64,000 nucleotides of DNA, taken from positions 6,752 through 70,751 of the forward strand of contig CAMBKU010000002.1 in the NCBI GenBank assembly GCA_945868305.1. Direction: 5' to 3'. The first letter of the stretch is position 1. The number at the start of each line of letters is the position of its first letter. The stretch comes from an uncultured Lachnospiraceae bacterium. GTDB taxonomy: Bacteria; Bacillota; Clostridia; Lachnospirales; Lachnospiraceae. The notes under the pieces were generated by a model, which worked only from the letters and a program-made list of their open reading frames with translations, searched no databases and was not told the origin of the DNA. This document shows, in pieces, positions 62,861 through 64,000 of the stretch. Position numbers and translations under genes: made by a program.

Positions 62861-64000
62861 ATTTTTCCCCTTGAATCTCCGCAATCAGCTCACGTTCATC
62901 CATCGGATATTTTTTCCCTCTGATTTCCTGATAGTCTTCATGTCCTTTTCCCGCCAGAACTATCACATCTCCTTCTTTTGCATGGCGCATGCAATAAGCA
63001 ATCGCTTCCTTCCGATTAGGAATTGCTACATACTCCCCTCCAACTTTTCTGACACCGGTTAAAATATCATTGATGATTGCAATCGGTTCCTCAAACCGTG
63101 GGTTATCCGATGTAACCACCGTAAAATCTGCCAGTCTCGCTGACACTTCTCCCATCTCATAGCGCCTTGCCTTCGCCCGGTTTCCGCCACATCCAAACAG
63201 GCATATCAGACGTTTTGGTTCATACTCTTTAAGCGTCGTAAGCAGACTTTCCAGTGCCATGGCGTTATGGGCATAATCAATCATTAATGTATAATAAGAA
63301 GAAACCGGTATCATCTCTATTCTTCCTTTTACCGTCACATGGGAGAGTGCTTTTTTTATATCCGGGATACCGATACCAAAATGACGGCAGACAGAAATTG
63401 CCGCCAGGGAATTATATACACTGAAACGCCCCGGTACGTTGATATCCACATCAAAATCCAAAACTCCGCTCACATGGTATTTTACACCGATAAGTCCTGG
63501 TTTTTGCACCAATTCCATCTGTTCTGCGAAAAGATCGGCATCTTTTTTAAATCCGAAAGTCTCCACGCTACAGGTGTGTCCCTTCAAAATCCCTGCCAGA
63601 TGCTCACTGTCGGCGTTAAATATCCCTGTTTTGCACTGCCCAAACAGAAGGCTCTTGCAGTACATATATTCCGCAAAATCCTTATGCTCGTTTTCCCCGA
63701 TATGATCCGGCTCAAGGTTGGTAAATACGCCATAATCAAACACAACCCCAGCCACACGGTTCAACTTTAGTCCCTGAGAAGATACTTCCATCACGACAGC
63801 ATCAAGCCCCGCTTCCACCATCCTCGCAAAATAGCTCTGAATATCATAGGATTCCGGTGTTGTATTTTTAGCATCCTGCCTTTCTTCTCCAATCAGAACC
63901 TCTATTGTTCCAATCAGACCTGTTTTTATACCCCCCTGCTCCAATATGGTTTTTATCATATAAGCGGTTGTTGTTTTCCCCTTAGTCCCAGTGATACCGA
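62832..64000 (-). CDS. murE: UDP-MurNAc-dipeptide:meso-DAP ligase (5' end beyond window)
   Basis: GITGTKGKTTT at window edge, TTPES, MEVSS, DYAHN, FGCGG, SDNPR (DAP-specific), AGKGHE. Confidence 0.95.
   Translation of the reverse strand, partial: GITGTKGKTTTAYMIKTILEQGGIKTGLIGTIEVLIGEERQDAKNTTPESYDIQSYFARMVEAGLDAVVMEVSSQGLKLNRVAGVVFDYGVFTNLEPDHIGENEHKDFAEYMYCKSLLFGQCKTGIFNADSEHLAGILKGHTCSVETFGFKKDADLFAEQMELVQKPGLIGVKYHVSGVLDFDVDINVPGRFSVYNSLAAISVCRHFGIGIPDIKKALSHVTVKGRIEMIPVSSYYTLMIDYAHNAMALESLLTTLKEYEPKRLICLFGCGGNRAKARRYEMGEVSARLADFTVVTSDNPRFEEPIAIINDILTGVRKVGGEYVAIPNRKEAIAYCMRHAKEGDVIVLAGKGHEDYQEIRGKKYPMDERELIAEIQGEKFDKKQRDTV

Overview
Chromosomal core-genome segment of a motile, probably spore-forming Lachnospiraceae-like Firmicute (taxonomy inferred from gene content and order). 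Almost all genes are on the minus strand. In window order: a birA/argF block, an SPFH protein, an SH3-SleB-type cell-wall hydrolase, pgi, murG, a HIT protein, an orphan soluble histidine kinase, a flavodoxin-SCP2 protein and a rhomboid protease. Next comes a complete 10-gene Gram-positive Tad/Flp (type IVc) pilus operon, whose 55-aa Flp pilin is missing from the ORF track. It is followed by bofA/yaaL, a sigma28- and CsrA-controlled fliS-flagellin-FliK-like block, glgB, a TPR-acidic-AAA protein, an AI-2E transporter, an aconitase-like hydratase, a two-component system, ftsH, a 2-hydroxyacyl-CoA dehydratase pair, an amidohydrolase and an MCP. The window ends with a full F1Fo ATP synthase operon carrying the Na+-binding c-subunit signature, an ABC-2 exporter and partial murE. 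I saw no rRNA, tRNA, CRISPR array, transposase, integrase or phage gene. The best candidate for an under-described system is the Tad locus: it has a minor pilin with two tandem His/Cys zinc fingers (possible DNA-binding pilin), two prepilin peptidases and a pseudokinase-like/FHA protein. All calls come from motif recognition by eye; no database searches were run.
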